NCBI GenBank assembly: GCA_030704615.1
Contig: CM060731.1
Location: 42,408,001 to 42,472,000 of the forward strand
Origin: Takakia lepidozioides
Lineage: Eukaryota > Plantae > Bryophyta
Direction: 5' to 3'
Length of the DNA: 64,000 nucleotides
Translations under genes and position numbers: made by a program
Shown: piece by piece, positions 35,138-48,480 of the stretch
Layout: every line of letters starts with the position of its first letter
Numbering within the stretch: the stretch's first letter is position 1
Notes under the pieces: model-generated
What the model saw: only the letters and a program-made list of their open reading frames with translations
Database searches by the model: none
Told to the model about the DNA's origin: nothing

Positions 35138-35660
35138 TTACGAATCGCCTTTGCATATTGCGAAGCGTCGAGCTGAGGCCATCGGCGGGATTCCAGGGTC
35201 TTCCACGGATTTTTGGAGGGAGGCCGTTGTGAGGGAGAAGAGGCTCAAAATGCAGGAACACTTTGCTGCGCTAAAGACTCCGGAAAAAAACTACGATCTG
35301 CCTCCGTATGCAGCAGCAGCAGCCCAGGCTCAGGCAGATGAACCCTGGACAGGAATGTCTCAGCAGCCTCAATGGTCAACACATGTGAGGGCTGCAGAGC
35401 AATTCAGTCGGGTACAGAACTATTTTGAGCATTCTGCAGAAGAGGGTTCTGAAAGCGAGGATCCACCCACTGAGGGTGGCTGGGAGGAAGAGTGTGTTGA
35501 CGAGGGTGTTGGGGAGGAGACGACTCCTAGCCCAGAGAATTGTTTAAGAGTTGGTCTTGACTTGTTGGAGGGTCCCTCTCCCGCAACAATTGTTGTTGGG
35601 GTGTTGCAGGATATAACGTCGGAGTATGGCGCGGACCCTGGCAGTCCGAATTTTAGTTAG
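35138..35660 (+). pseudogene. Open last exon (acidic tail) of the methyltransferase-like gene, copy 2
   Basis: TGCAG| acceptor at 35137; open to a stop at 35660. Its upstream intron is interrupted by the LTR ending at 35043. Confidence 0.55.
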
Positions 35661-38600
35661 TCACATTTGTTTTTCTTGGAATGCAGACACAATTGGTTTT
35701 CTCTGCCAAGTTGAATCATGTGGAACATATTGTCCATTGATATGCATGTATTTCAATATGACATATAAATTTTCTCCAATCTGGATGTTTTGACTTCTTT
35801 AAATATGGTCTTCAGTTCCGTCATCATTAAGGTCCTCCGTTTTAGCAGCCACCACACTGTCCTCAAACTGAGTCTATCCATCGAATTTCATGCTAACATC
35901 TTTAACGCTAATGTCGTGCATCATACCCTCCTCATAAACTTCTGTGGCTTGTTCGAAGTGCGGTAGCGTGATGTACTAATCGGCTGGCGATGTCCATAGG
36001 CGGCTAAACTCATCAGTTGGATTCGCAATCCCACCCGGATAATGTGATCCACCTGCAACCTAGAGACCTCCATTGCATGTTTGTGAGCAAGTTGCAAAGC
36101 TCCACCGGCCCTAACTTCAGTCACCTGACACTCTCAAGGCCGACTCGATGGAAATTACATGTTTTGACACAAACTATCAATAAGCTTCCCAGATTCTTTA
36201 CTGCTGAGTCAGAGGCAATTACCAAAGAATTCGGTGAAACATCTTGCGTGTTCTAGTTAGCAATTTCTGATCAGCCAGTCGCAAGGGACCTATTACATGT
36301 GTTGTGCAGAGCCTCGTTTGCGAGGTCGAAAAAGAAAACCCCCTCAGAGGCCTGGTTTACGTCCCTTGCTTGAAGTTGGTGCCGACAACACCGCTTCCTT
36401 CAACCTCCCCAATCTACCTGGGTTCGTTGCCATTTTTATAGAGGTCAAGCTTTGAGTGGGGATGATATAGTCGGTGGTAACCATAACACCCACCATTGCC
36501 ATTCGAACCCCCCAATTGCCAATGTGGTATTATAGTCTGTGGCGAATACAACACCTCACCTGTAGGCCACGGTCATAGGCGTTCCACCTCCTATTTCCGT
36601 GGCATGTTACCAAGTTCATGAAGTCGGCAGTTTTGGCAAGTGCCAGTGGGTAGAATGTCCGGTACTGGCTACCCATCTGGAATGTCCACAATCGCCATGT
36701 CAGCACCATATGGTTTCTGAGCACCATTGACCCAACACTGCCCCTTCGAAACCTGAAAACAGACAGAAGGCAAAAATCAACACTATCCAAAATGGAAAAC
36801 ATTAACAACAACAAACAATGGAAATTGGCTTACCGACTCAAGGAATGCACACAGCTTGCCCCAAGTTCGAGAGAGTTCTCCAGTGTAACCAGATTTTCTG
36901 CTCTCCATCATGGCAAGGAATGAATCATTGACAAGTTCGCATTTACATTCTCGCTGGATTCTGGATGGGTGCTCCACTGCGTCGTATGGCTCGATTGCAA
37001 ACTAGAGTGGACCAAAAACGGCAGATCATGAGTACATAAGAGTACATAAAAGAGGATGTGGCGAATCCTCGACCATCGGATTTGCTTCAACTGACAATCT
37101 TGACCGTCTATTGTTGACTGTTAAAACCAAGATTTTCAAATTGTGATAATATCAATTCATAAATATTTTTTTGAAATTTGATCATACTCAACTGTGCATT
37201 TATGGTGAATGAATGTGTCTTAATAAAAAAGTTTTTTTATTTCAAAAGAATCTAGTCATAAAGGACTTTATGAAAATAGCTATTTTTAGGCTCAAAATAG
37301 TACATAATTTTTTTTTAACTTCATATTTTTGAATGATAGTTTTCATTCCAGATTCCTCATTCTCCAAAGCAAGTTTGAGAGAGTCCATTTTCTTGACTTT
37401 TTCCTAACTCCTATATTAAAAAAGTCCATAACGTCTTTTTTTATGGACTGTGACAATTCCTACGGATGGGGGTCGCACGCCCCTGTCCTCCTCCAGCGAC
37501 ACCCGGACGTAGCTACTTGGCGATCCAGGGCGCTGGCAGGGGCCTCCTTCTAGCGCCGGCCGACCGTCGTTGCCATCCAGCCGACGGCGTTGGATGGGGC
37601 AACGCCCCGGCGTTGCGTCGTTGTTTTTTTTCATATGCCCGGGTGTCGCATGCTAAAAACAACGCAACCCCCGAACGTCGGATACGTAAAAAAACCCCGT
37701 CGCAAGGGAGGCGGTCTTTGCGACGCCCGGCCATGGGTTTGAGCGACTCCCGGGAGTCGCATATTTATAAAAATATTTTTTTTAAAGAAAATGCAGGGCA
37801 GGGCGGGAGTGGGAACAGCTACGTTGCGGCGTCGCTCCTAGCGACCCCCGGAGGCCGTCAAGGAAAAAAACCAGTCGCAGGGGGGGGGGGGGGGAGGGGG
37901 GGTCGGCCATTGCTACGCAATGGGTTGTGGCGACGGCGGGGCGTCGCCTCTTGCGACCCCCTCCCGTGGCAAGCCAGAAATTCTCGTCACATGGGCGCTG
38001 TTGAAAGCGACGCCCTGCAGTGGCATGTCGCTTGGTGGGTGGGGGGGGGGGGGGGGGGGTTGGGGGTTGATTTTGGGGGGTGAATTGGGGGTGATTTTTG
38101 GTTTTTCCCTAGTTTGTTTTTGGTGTGTTGGAAGACCTTATAGCTTCCATTGCTCTGATTTAATGGGTACATAGCATAGGTTATTGCATAGGTTTGACCA
38201 AGCATGAATCAAGGGTGAGGCTGGTGCAACACATGAATAAGAGGGAAGATGGAAAGATGGAAATATATTTAGAAGTAATGTGCTGAAATGCTTTGCTCAC
38301 AAGGGTTCAGTAGGCTGACCCTGGGACCTACATGGACTACGACTAGTCATCCTCATCCTCATCCTCATCCTCATCCTCAGAGGAGGACTCGGAGCTATCC
38401 GATGAGCCTGATGACTCCGCGCCCTTGCCTGAGCATGTACAGCAAGCGGCGTTCCCCTAACTCCCACGGAGCTCTCATCCAATCCCTGGCCATGACCCTC
38501 CCCCCCCCCCCTCACCCATGCTAGTGCCCTATAGCGCACTCATCCCCTCCGTGTTGGCCATGTTCTTCATGAGGGCTTGCCAACCATGCTGCTTGGCGTA

Positions 38601-41600
38601 GTCGTACTCTATCGGAGATGGCTTCCTCTCAAACGTGGTTTCCTACACATGCCACAAATTAAAGTCAGTTCCTCACGATGATGGAGCGAGAAAGAAGACA
38701 TAACAAAATACATAGGGAAGTATGACTTACAAATTGTAAGATAAAACCCCTCGATCCGCCAGGGCCCCACTTGTGCGTGGCGTGCTTCTGAAGGCGGACT
38801 GTTGTTCCTTCGCGTGCCTTCTCAAATTTGGCCTTGGGTGCCGCATCCTTCTCTCCCGCAATAAGCGCATCCCACAATACCTATGCCCCCCCCCACAATT
38901 AGTGAATTACACACATACGTTGCATCGAATCCACCTCATTAATGCACATGCAACAAATGGAAGGTGAAATGATTCAAGGACCGGTGGCACAACAATCTTT
39001 GCCAACTCCACGTCCTCTATCCCCCGGAATTTCTTCTTCTTCATCCCACCCTCTCCCTTCTTTGTAACCTCCTTCCCCTCCACCTTTGTTACCCCACTGG
39101 CCTCCCCCGCATGCACAATCACCACTTCGTCTTCATGGGACCTCTTTTTTTTCTTTTTCGTTTCCTTCCCCTTCTCCGTCACTATGTCTTTCCCCTTCCC
39201 CGCTACTTCCACTCTCTCCTCTCTCTCCCTTCTCTCTCTCTCCTCGGCAGCCCCTTCATTGATGGTAAAAGGGACCTCGGGAGGTCGAGGCCTCGTCTTC
39301 TTACCTTTGGTGTTCGGGTCCTTCATGAACACCACGTGCCCTCCATCATTGGCAACCCCACCGGACTGCACCAATGTGGCCAAGAATGTTAATGCGTCCT
39401 GAAGACAAATAACCCCTCCAAATTCAAAAAAAGAAACAAACAACAAAGAAAATCATACATGCAAAGGAAAGGACAAAACATGGAACAAGGTGTGACAGTT
39501 GTACCTTTGCAAGCTTGGCCGACTCGGCCCCAGTGTCACCCGATGTGGCAGGAGTCCCCGCTGCCGGAAGTCCCCGCGCTATCCCCTCTTGGAGCGCCGC
39601 TGGAAGTAAATTCCAGATGACCATGGCCCCCGGCGGCAGCCCGTAGTCCAGGCCCTTCTTTGCTGACCGCTCAGGCTGAGGGGGCGGCGTTGCTATTTGG
39701 CTGGCCTCTCCACCGGCCCGTACCTCCTCCCCCCCCCCCAAATGCTCCGCAGGGTAGAAGCCCTCACCCGGCTTGACTAATTTGAGGCGCTTCTTTATGT
39801 CGGCCAACTCATTGGCCCTCCTCGTCTCCTCCTCCCTCATCCTCAACACTTCCCGAGGCCCTTCAACCTGACCTTGAGCCTTGGCAAGTGCGGCCTTTGC
39901 TGCGGAGGAAGGGGTCTCTATAGGGGTGACATACCCCAAACCAGGCCCCCAAACGGGTGATGCGCTTGCCGGTACATTTCACCCATCTTGGTGGCTGGGG
40001 GTGTGCTCAACTGAGCCTCTGGCCCAGCAACAACCTCCCGAATAGGAGAGGTGGCTGAGCCGGCCCCTGATGAATCCAAGACAGGGACAAGAGGGGGGGT
40101 ACTGGCCTGAGGGGCAGATGAGCCCTCTGGCTGCGGCTACCGACGGGGCTGGTAAACCGTGAGACGCCAGCCCGCGTCACACATGCCGGAATTGCAAACG
40201 GGTTCTTCGCCCCCTTCTTTGGGGCAGGGGACTTCTTCTCTTTCCCCATAAGCCTGGCACCTGTCATGCAAACCCAAAAGTTAGCCTTGCGAGGAAACAA
40301 TCTCTACATTCCAGATCCCCAAAAAAAAACAAAGCATGTGGGGGGCTGAGAGCAGAAAGTGCTACTCCTCTCAGCTCCCCCCCACCACAGATGGTGCAAG
40401 AAAACAAAAAAAGAAGGTGGGGGGGGGGAAGTGACTGAGCAGCAGCAGCTGCTCAGCCAGTCCCCACCCCCCCCCCCTTTTTTCTTTCCTCGTCTCGCCC
40501 TCTCTCCCCCTCTCTCCCTCTCTCTCCCTCTCCCTCTCTCTCTCCCACTCTCCCTCTCTGTCCCTCTTCCCGCTCTCCCTCTCTCTCTTTTCGTCAGACA
40601 CTCCCCAAATAATAAAACAAAGCAGAGAGGGACAGAGGGGGCAGAATAGAGGGAGGAAGAGAGGGGCAAAAAGAGGGAAGATACACATGTCTTGTCAAGT
40701 CATAGACAAGACCGCTAGGGTCATTGTCAATTAAAGACAAATCAGCCTCATTACAAGGCACTAACTATCTTCACCTTCCATCACCAGCCCCTCACATAAT
40801 TGATATATAAGGTAGCCTTAGTACAGAGCAACCTCGTTATATAACAGCCTCTTTACAGGGTACCATCAAACACTTACCCTTCATAAATCGCTTCACCCAT
40901 GAATAAAACCTGAAGATTTCAAAGTACTTGAAATCTTAGGGTGGGGGGGGGGGGGGGGGATTTCTTAAGATATTCATCATCCCTGATTTATGTCGTTTAG
41001 AGGCCTGAGCATTAAATATGTCTGCAGGTGTTTTGCAATGCCCCACTTACACATATAAATTTGTGTCAAATGACTGCAATCCAAGGCAATCTGATTACAA
41101 AGCGTCCTTATTGTAAACCAGCCAGTAGATTCATGCAGAAGTCAAGGGCGAGTGATAGTTCATATTGGCATCAAACTGTGCAGGGCTCATGTCAAAAATG
41201 AATCTCAAACAAGTATGTATAAATCTGGTTGCGTTACTTCTACATATACACTATTTTGTGTAAAGCGTAGTACCAACAAATATAAAAAGGTGGACGCGTT
41301 GCCCAAGCAAGAGTAATTTATTGTCACGCACCTCACTTCGGTAAGCTCCCCTTCAGGTCATAGTTGCTAGCTTGATGCGCGCGCCTAACTCCCAACCTGG
41401 CCGCTGGACCAACTTGGAGCTTCGGCTGCTCACCGGGGCATAACGGTCCCCCTTTGAACTCCCAAAGAACCCTCCACCGATTTGGAACCAGCGGGAATTC
41501 TCTTTGGTAGTTGGCAGTCCGGAACAGCTCCCCACTCTTTGGTCGCTTTCCGGCTCGTTCGCTTACTCACTAGTTTTTGGTCACCAACGCGCATGTTTCC

Positions 41601-41878
41601 TTGCCCCTTGGATGGGAGTCACCCGATTTCGGCATTGCGCAAACACACAATTAACCCAATTTACCTCTCCCACTTTTGTAAGCTAGCATGCATTATACAC
41701 ACTAGCCAACCACACCATGCATCACCATTCCAAACAAAATAGGACACACAACATTTGGAAACCATTTCCTTTATAACAAATTTTTGTACAATACAAGTTT
41801 TTGCAATCGGATTCCTGAGCTAGCTAAGCCGGGCTAAGCATGCATTTCCTCCCCCACGCTTCAAGGTTGATGTCCCCA

Positions 41879-43830
41879 TCAACGTTTCTTCCGCTTTTGA
41901 GGTCGCCCTTCGAAAACTGCAACCGCCTCAGATGCGTTTCCCATTTCTGAGGCACGCACCCAAGATGCCTCCACATGATGATAGCCCTTCCATTTGACGA
42001 GATACTCCGTTTCTCGGTTCTTGAACCTCTTCGACTTAAGTACTGCCTCCACCTCGTACTCAGGTTCATTTTCATGATCCAATAGCACAGGTGGCGGACG
42101 CAACACTTGATGCCGATTCGGACGCGCTTCATCTTTGAAGTAAGGCTTCAAAAGGGAGACGTGAAATACTGAATGCACCTTGCTGTTTGCCGGCAGCTCC
42201 AATTCGTACACATCCTCATTCATAACCTTCCAGATGCGAGAGGGTCCCGCATACGGAGGTACGAATTTTGGACTCACTTCCGGAGGTAGTCGGAAATTCT
42301 TGATCTTCAACCAGACCTCCGTGCCTGCCTCAAACTTCACTTCCCTCCGCTTCTGATTCGCCTGCCTTTCATACCGTTTTCTCGCTTTGGCAATGTTGTA
42401 TTTTGCGAGCTTCAACAAACGCTCGCGTTCTTCCAGTACCGCCACTACTGCCGGTTCCTCAACGTCCTGGGCGGCCCAACTTGTCGGCACCAGAGGTGCT
42501 TTTCCATAGACCAATACGAAAGGGGAAACTCCTGTTGCGGAGTGTTCTGTGTTATTATAACAGAACTCTACCGCGTCTAAGTGTTCCACCCAGTCTGATT
42601 GGTCTGCCGACACGTAATTCCGCAAGATCTGCTTCACTACGGGATTCACTCTTTCCGTTTGGCCGTTGGTCGTAGGTCGGAAGGCAATGCTCATCTTCAG
42701 CCTCGTCCCCATCTTCTTCCAAAGTGTCCTCCAAAATTTACTCGTAAACTTTGGATCGCGGTCCGAGACAATATCCTTCGGGACTCCATGATGTTTTAAG
42801 ACGTGGACGAAGTAAAGTCGTCCTGTCTCTTGCGCCGTTGCCATCTCCTTGGTGGGGATGAAATGGCCCATTTTACTGACCTATCCACCACCACCATGAT
42901 TGCATCGAATCCTTTTGACAACGGCATAGCAGTCATGAAATCCATCGAGACGCTTTCCCAAGTCCCCTCTGGAATCGGCAATGGTTGTAACAGCCCCGCT
43001 TGTTTTTTGTACTCGATCCGGTTTTGTTGGCATGTGGTGCATGTCTTGACATACTCCTCCGCCTCCTCCCTCAGTTTGGGCCAGAAATACTCTTTCTTCA
43101 ATAGTGCCGCAGTGCGCTTGGCTCCGCCGTGGCCTGCAAGCGGGCTATCATGGCATTCTCTCAAGAGACTATCTCTGATCCCTCCCTTCAGCACGTAGAG
43201 ACGCTTATGCTTATACCGGAGCAGTCTATTTTGCAAGTGGAATTGCGATTTAACCCCCCTCCTCATGTCTTGCATCACGGACTTCGCCAGCTCATCTTTT
43301 TGGCAAGCCTTCCGGATCTTCCTTTGGAGCGCCGTCTCGCCCCTGTAGGAGCTGCTGCTTTCTACTTAAAGCATCGGCCACCACATTGTCACGTCCCGGT
43401 TTGTATTGGATATCCACGTCAAACACCGCCAAAGTATCTTGCCACCTAAGTTGTTTTGGGGACAACTTGGGCTGCGTGGCAAAATACTTCACCGTAACAT
43501 TGTCCGTGAACACCTTCACTGGGTTGGAACCAACATAGTGGCGTCAAAGCTCAAGACAGTGCACCACCGCCTTCATCTCTTTTTCGTGCGTCGGCCACCG
43601 TCGCTCCACTTCGTTCAGTTTCTTACTTTCGTAAGTCACTGGACGTCCATCTTGCATCAGTACACCCCCAATCGCAAAGTCCAACGCATCTGTATGAATC
43701 TCGAACGGCCGATCGAACTCCGGGATTTTCAAGACTGGAGCTTCCGCCATCCGCTGCTTCAATTCAGCAAAAGCTTGGCCACACAAGGTGTTCCATACCC
43801 AGACTTCGGATTTATACAGAAGGTCTAACA
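41879..43830 (-). pseudogene. RNase H, integrase and chromodomain of chromovirus copy 2
   Basis: HTDALDFAIGGVL, HDSPLAGHGG..CTTCQ, SMDF, IVSDRDPKF, GPY/F-like PYAGP, and EYEVEAVL..EYLVKWKGYHHVEASW. Confidence 0.92.
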
Positions 43831-43859
43831 ACGGCCCCGCGCGTCACTTGTCGGGAGTC

Positions 43860-45182
43860 CCAGCTTTTGTGCCGTTGCCGGTGTCATGAAGGAGTGCGAC
43901 GCTCCTGTGTCCACCAACAATGACACGTTAGTTCCGGATATTATCCCATCCACGAACAATAACTAACTCCCTTTACATAAGGCGCCAGTTTCCTGATACA
44001 GTTCACAAGAAAATTTGCCTACCTTGCAAGTCCTGGCGACCACCGCTTCCACCAAGCGACTGATGGTATCTTCCGACAGCTCTGTGGTCGCCCGAGTCAT
44101 GTTCAATTGTCGGGGCTTCGTGCACTTCTTGGCCATGTGCCCGGGCTCCCCGCAATTGAAACACACTCCATCAAAGGTCGCCTTCTGTCCGCCATAAGCC
44201 GCTCCACCCGCTTTTCCTTTTAAAGCACCGGGTGCCGCCTTGACTTGTGAAGGCCCTCCCTTCGATTTCCACGTGCCATCGTCGCCGCGTGGCCTATCCC
44301 ACTTCTTTTCCGGTCGGAAGGCATCACCTTCCCGCCGGGTCTTCTTGTGGTTCAGCTCCGTACGGCCTTGTCTTTCACCCCTAGGGACATCCGAGAAACA
44401 TTCAGCCCTCTCAATTGCCTCATTCAAAGTCTTAGGTGGCTTCTCCTCCAACTTCTGCCTAGCCCATGGGGCCAGTCCCGCCACAAAGTTGAAGACCATT
44501 TCTGGTTCTGCCATGTCCGCGACTTCGAGCAACAGCACATTGAAAGCCTGGACATATCCCCGAATATCATCTGTTTGCTTCAAATTCCTCATCTTGTCCC
44601 GGGCAAGTCAAGACGCGTTGAGGGGCACAAACTGCCTTTTCATCAATTCCTTGAACCCACTCCAATTCAAGGTTTCCGGGCTTGGACCTCGGTCGTGAAG
44701 GTGTTTCTGCCACCATTGTTGAGCATAGCCCCTCAAATAGGTGGGAGCCACTTCCACCCGGTCCTCGTCACTCAACTTGGCCGCCCGGAAGTACTGCTTT
44801 AGCTCCAGGAGCCAGGTGTTGAGTGCCTTCCGATTTCGGACGCCCTTAAGGTGTCGGGTTCCTTAGGCTTCACCTTAAATTTTGCCTTAGTGGAAGTGGC
44901 ATTAGCCGCCTTCAACACGTCTTTCAACGTCCCGCCAAATTGCGCCAACAACCCTTCCCAAAAGGCTGCCGGCATGGGAAGCATCTGTTGGTCGGTCGGA
45001 GCTCTCACGGATTCCTTGGGCTCCGACTCCTCAGATTCCTCCCGCTCTTGAGCAGCCTCGTTTTCGGAGACATGCATCGCTTCCTTAAACGGCCGCCTCG
45101 GTGACACGTCGCCCCCATCGGGCTCACCAGGATCATCATCTTTTGGGCCGTTCCGCTTTCGCTTTGGCTTGCCCGACCCCAT
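43860..45182 (-). pseudogene. gag and partial protease of chromovirus copy 2
   Basis: ORFs 44799-45236 and 43963-44592; CCHC knuckle; LVDTGASHSF. Confidence 0.9.
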
Positions 45183-45223
45183 GATGAGGCCAATCCTAAG
45201 GACGATCACGTACTGAACTCTAA

Positions 45224-45235
45224 GCTCTGATACCA
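45224..45235 (-). promoter_or_regulatory. Primer-binding site complementary to initiator tRNA-Met
   Basis: Minus strand reads TGGTATCAGAGC, 2 nt inside the 5' LTR boundary. Confidence 0.92.
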
Positions 45236-46199
45236 AGTGTCGCGCACCTCACTTCGGTAAGCTCCCCTTCAGGTCATAGTTGCTAGCTTGATGCGCGCAC
45301 CTAACTCCCAACCTGGCCGCCTGACCAACTTGGAGCTTCGGCTGCTCACCGGGGCATAACGGTCCCCCTTTGAACTCCCAAAGAACCCTCCACCGATTTG
45401 GAACCAGCAGGAATTCCTTTTGGTAGTTGGCAGTCCGGAATAACTCCTCACTCTTTGGTCGCTTTCCGGCTCGCTCACTTACTCACTAGTTTTTGGTCAC
45501 CAACGGGCTTGCACCGTTCTCGGGTTACTACTCCCTATATATACTTCTGTAGCTGTCCGCAAGGGTTTCACAACCAGCCATGCCATTTTATGGCGAACCA
45601 CCACAAAAACCCTCGACTCCCGGTGATGAGTCGCGGTGAGTCTTGGCCCACTCACCACGGCCCCTATGGACCGTGATGAGTCCCAAGACTCCCCACGACT
45701 CCCACCACGAGGTCTCCACCCCCATGGTGAGTCCTATGCCACCCCCACTAAGTCCCGCTAAGCTACCACCACCCCTTATGGAGCCACCCCCACCGCAACC
45801 CGGTGTGCGGGGCTCCACCTAGTGAGCGCCTCCGCCTCCTTGAGTGCCTTGGGCACTCAAGGGTGCTTTAGCCCCCCATACCTATCGCTGCCGCTGCCCC
45901 CACCACAGGGGCAGCCCCTCATGTGTCCCGACCCCCTGCCCCCAAGGCAAAGGGCCGTGACATTTATGGTGTCACTTGACCCAAAAGGGCTACTGCCTTC
46001 CGGTAGGAAGGTGAACACCTTTGTAACAACCAACAGGGTGGTTTGAACCCACAACCACTTGTAAGAGGGTATATGCCCTTTCCATGTTGGTTGACCAGCA
46101 AACGTACATACAAACAGACCAGATTGGTAATTATGGAGTTGGTATGTCAACACCAAACCATATTGGCAATTCTGGAGCTTGTATTTCAACACTAGACCA

Positions 46200-48290
46200 G
46201 TAGTAATTCATAGCAATCCACATAGAAAATACCAAGTTACATCCCAAAAGGCCTGGGGGAGCTTCAGAAAACAGTGTGTCGTCTAAAAAGCCCTACCAAA
46301 GTAACACTCGATATTTTAAAAGTAAGAACAGCATATATATGTCTGTTTTACATTCAGTAAGTGGTTCAAAAAGGTATTGCTCGGTGGTTTAGAATAGCTA
46401 GCAGATAATCTGCAGAGTTCCTTGCTTGGTAACATGCTAGCCAAATTTGTCATAAGCTCAAAAAGAACAGCTTGGTACTGCATAGGTTGATTACAGCTTA
46501 AGCACGGCCAGGGGCTTGTGAAGACACGAACAAGTCCCCCATGTGGCTCTGAAAAAACAGGCAGGTCGGAGCATTGTCAAGAGTCTTTAAAGAGTGTAAA
46601 ACAGGGCTGTTTCAAGCTCAGACCCCTAAATTCAATAGGTATGTCCAGCAGGTATAACCTGGTACTTACCAGGCTGAAACATCATGTGCAGGCCTGTGTA
46701 AAATCTCAATAGCAATTTCCAGGTTCAGAGATGGTACTCAGGTATCGTATCAGAATGTAGCCATAGTTTAAACTGGTGTCATGCCAAAGAAGGCACTGAC
46801 TTTCTTAAGATATCGTCCCTGATTCATGTCGTTTACAGACTTGAGCTTTAGATTTTCAACATCAGACCAGGAGTAATTCACAGCCAGAGCACCATAGGGA
46901 GTACAAGGTATTGCCCGAGTACTGCCAAAAACTGCTAGGTACTTACCAAGTTAAAACAAATACTGCCACGTATTTACCAAGTGAAAACAGCAAGTGTAGA
47001 CCTGTTTTCAACCTCAATGAGTAGTACCAGGTCAAGAGATGTAACTCCAGTTCTTTATTAGAATGCCGCCATAGATCAGACTGATGTCATTCCAAAGAAT
47101 TCACTGCCCAGGCAGTATGTATTTTGAAAGAGACAGACAAGACAACTGCTTGGTAGTTCCAAGTAAAAACAGTATGCAAATGTCTTGTTTAACAACCACT
47201 GGGTATTTCCACAGGTACAACTTAGTACTTTTCAGTTTGAAACAGCACCAATCAGACCTGTTTTAGACTCATTCAATAGTTCCAAAGACTCTGCATGGTA
47301 AATTTACAGCAGCCAGTATATAATCTGAGACTCCCAACATGACATATTGCTTGGTAGCAGTGTAAAACGGGGCTGTTTCAGATTCAGAACCCTACATACA
47401 TAGGTATGTCCAGCAAGTATTGCCTGGTACTTACCAAACTAAAACATCATGTGCAGGCCTGTGTTAAATCTCACTGGCAAGTTCCAGGGCAAGAGGTAAT
47501 ACTCAAGTAACTTATCAGAATGCATCCATTGTTTAAACTGGTGTCATGCCAAAGAAGGCACTGACTTTTAAACCAGTTAGTATCCCCAGCATCTTAGCAA
47601 GCTCTAAGCAGGCTCACCGCATGATTCCATTGCCAACTAACAACGGTTGGTTGCAAAAAACAAAAAACAACACGGAGTAGAGGTTGAAATTTTGTTACAT
47701 CCCTCTTTGAAACAGCTTGGAGCAGCGGCCGCATTATCTGAAGACTCCAGATCACGGCCTGCAGGCTTCAAAAGGCGTGTAAGGTGAAGACCCTCACCTG
47801 TGCCCGTCCCAAAAACCACCACATCAAGATGTGTGTTAGTGAGGATGCACGAGGTGAGTAACAGGTCTTCACAGTTGCTATCCATGTCCAACATACAATC
47901 TAAAGCAAGCAGATGATCAAGTATAAATCAGATATGCAATCATCACAAAAGAACCTCAAATTCTTGTGAAGTAGGACGCTTAGCTCCATGTCGTCACGCT
48001 GTTGTTTCATCACCGAATGCATTTACATACAATCGTAGCTAATTGAGATCGATTGCTGGCGCGGGAAATTCAAGGGATCAGCCACCAGCTCGCATCGAGC
48101 ACTTAGCCGCCGTCGCCCTCTCCCAGAGAAGAAGCAAGCACAGATATTGTGCTGTGTTTAGGGCACAGAGGCATAAAACATTCCCACGATTTCATCCACC
48201 AGGGATGAAAATTCGCGCATTATGGTTAGAGTTTTTGGGGTTACATCCAGGATTGATGTAATCTGCCAGGGATGAGAAACCGCATATAAC
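46200..48290 (-). repeat. Truncated inverted copy of the 3 kb family abutting the array
   Basis: 47783-47893 matches 1095-1205 and the reverse complement of about 50260-50380. 48090-48280 matches 1530-1735. Internal duplication of about 210 bp (46593-46803 vs 47359-47569). Confidence 0.85.
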
Positions 48291-48480
48291 ACATGGGGAT
48301 AGCTCTCAAGACCAACAAATACTGCTCTCGTTCTTGCTCTCCGCCTGATCTCCTCTCATGCATGACCAAGAAGCGCTCCCCGTGAAGTGATCCCCTTCCC
48401 GTTGCCGCTCTCCTAATCTACCCGCAAGCTGTTCTAACCACCTAACTAACTAACCGTCACCCCTGAAGTAACACGTTCCG

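Larger units (their letters stand above)
41322..45962 (-). mobile_element. Ty3/gypsy chromovirus copy 2, lacking RT and most of the 3' LTR
   Basis: Same TTTAT TSD (41317-41321 and 45963-45967). 5' LTR 45238-45962; truncated 3' LTR 41322 to about 41590. Gag from ATG 45182 with CFNCGEPGHMAKKC. Confidence 0.95.
35044..45983 (+). repeat. Duplicated block, copy 2
   Basis: Collinear with 14382-27262. Confidence 0.95.

Noticed and set aside
46025-46095. tRNA or tRNA-derived SINE (minus-strand GGTTCAAACC B-box-like motif)
   Set aside because: No cloverleaf, convincing A box, tail or TSD.
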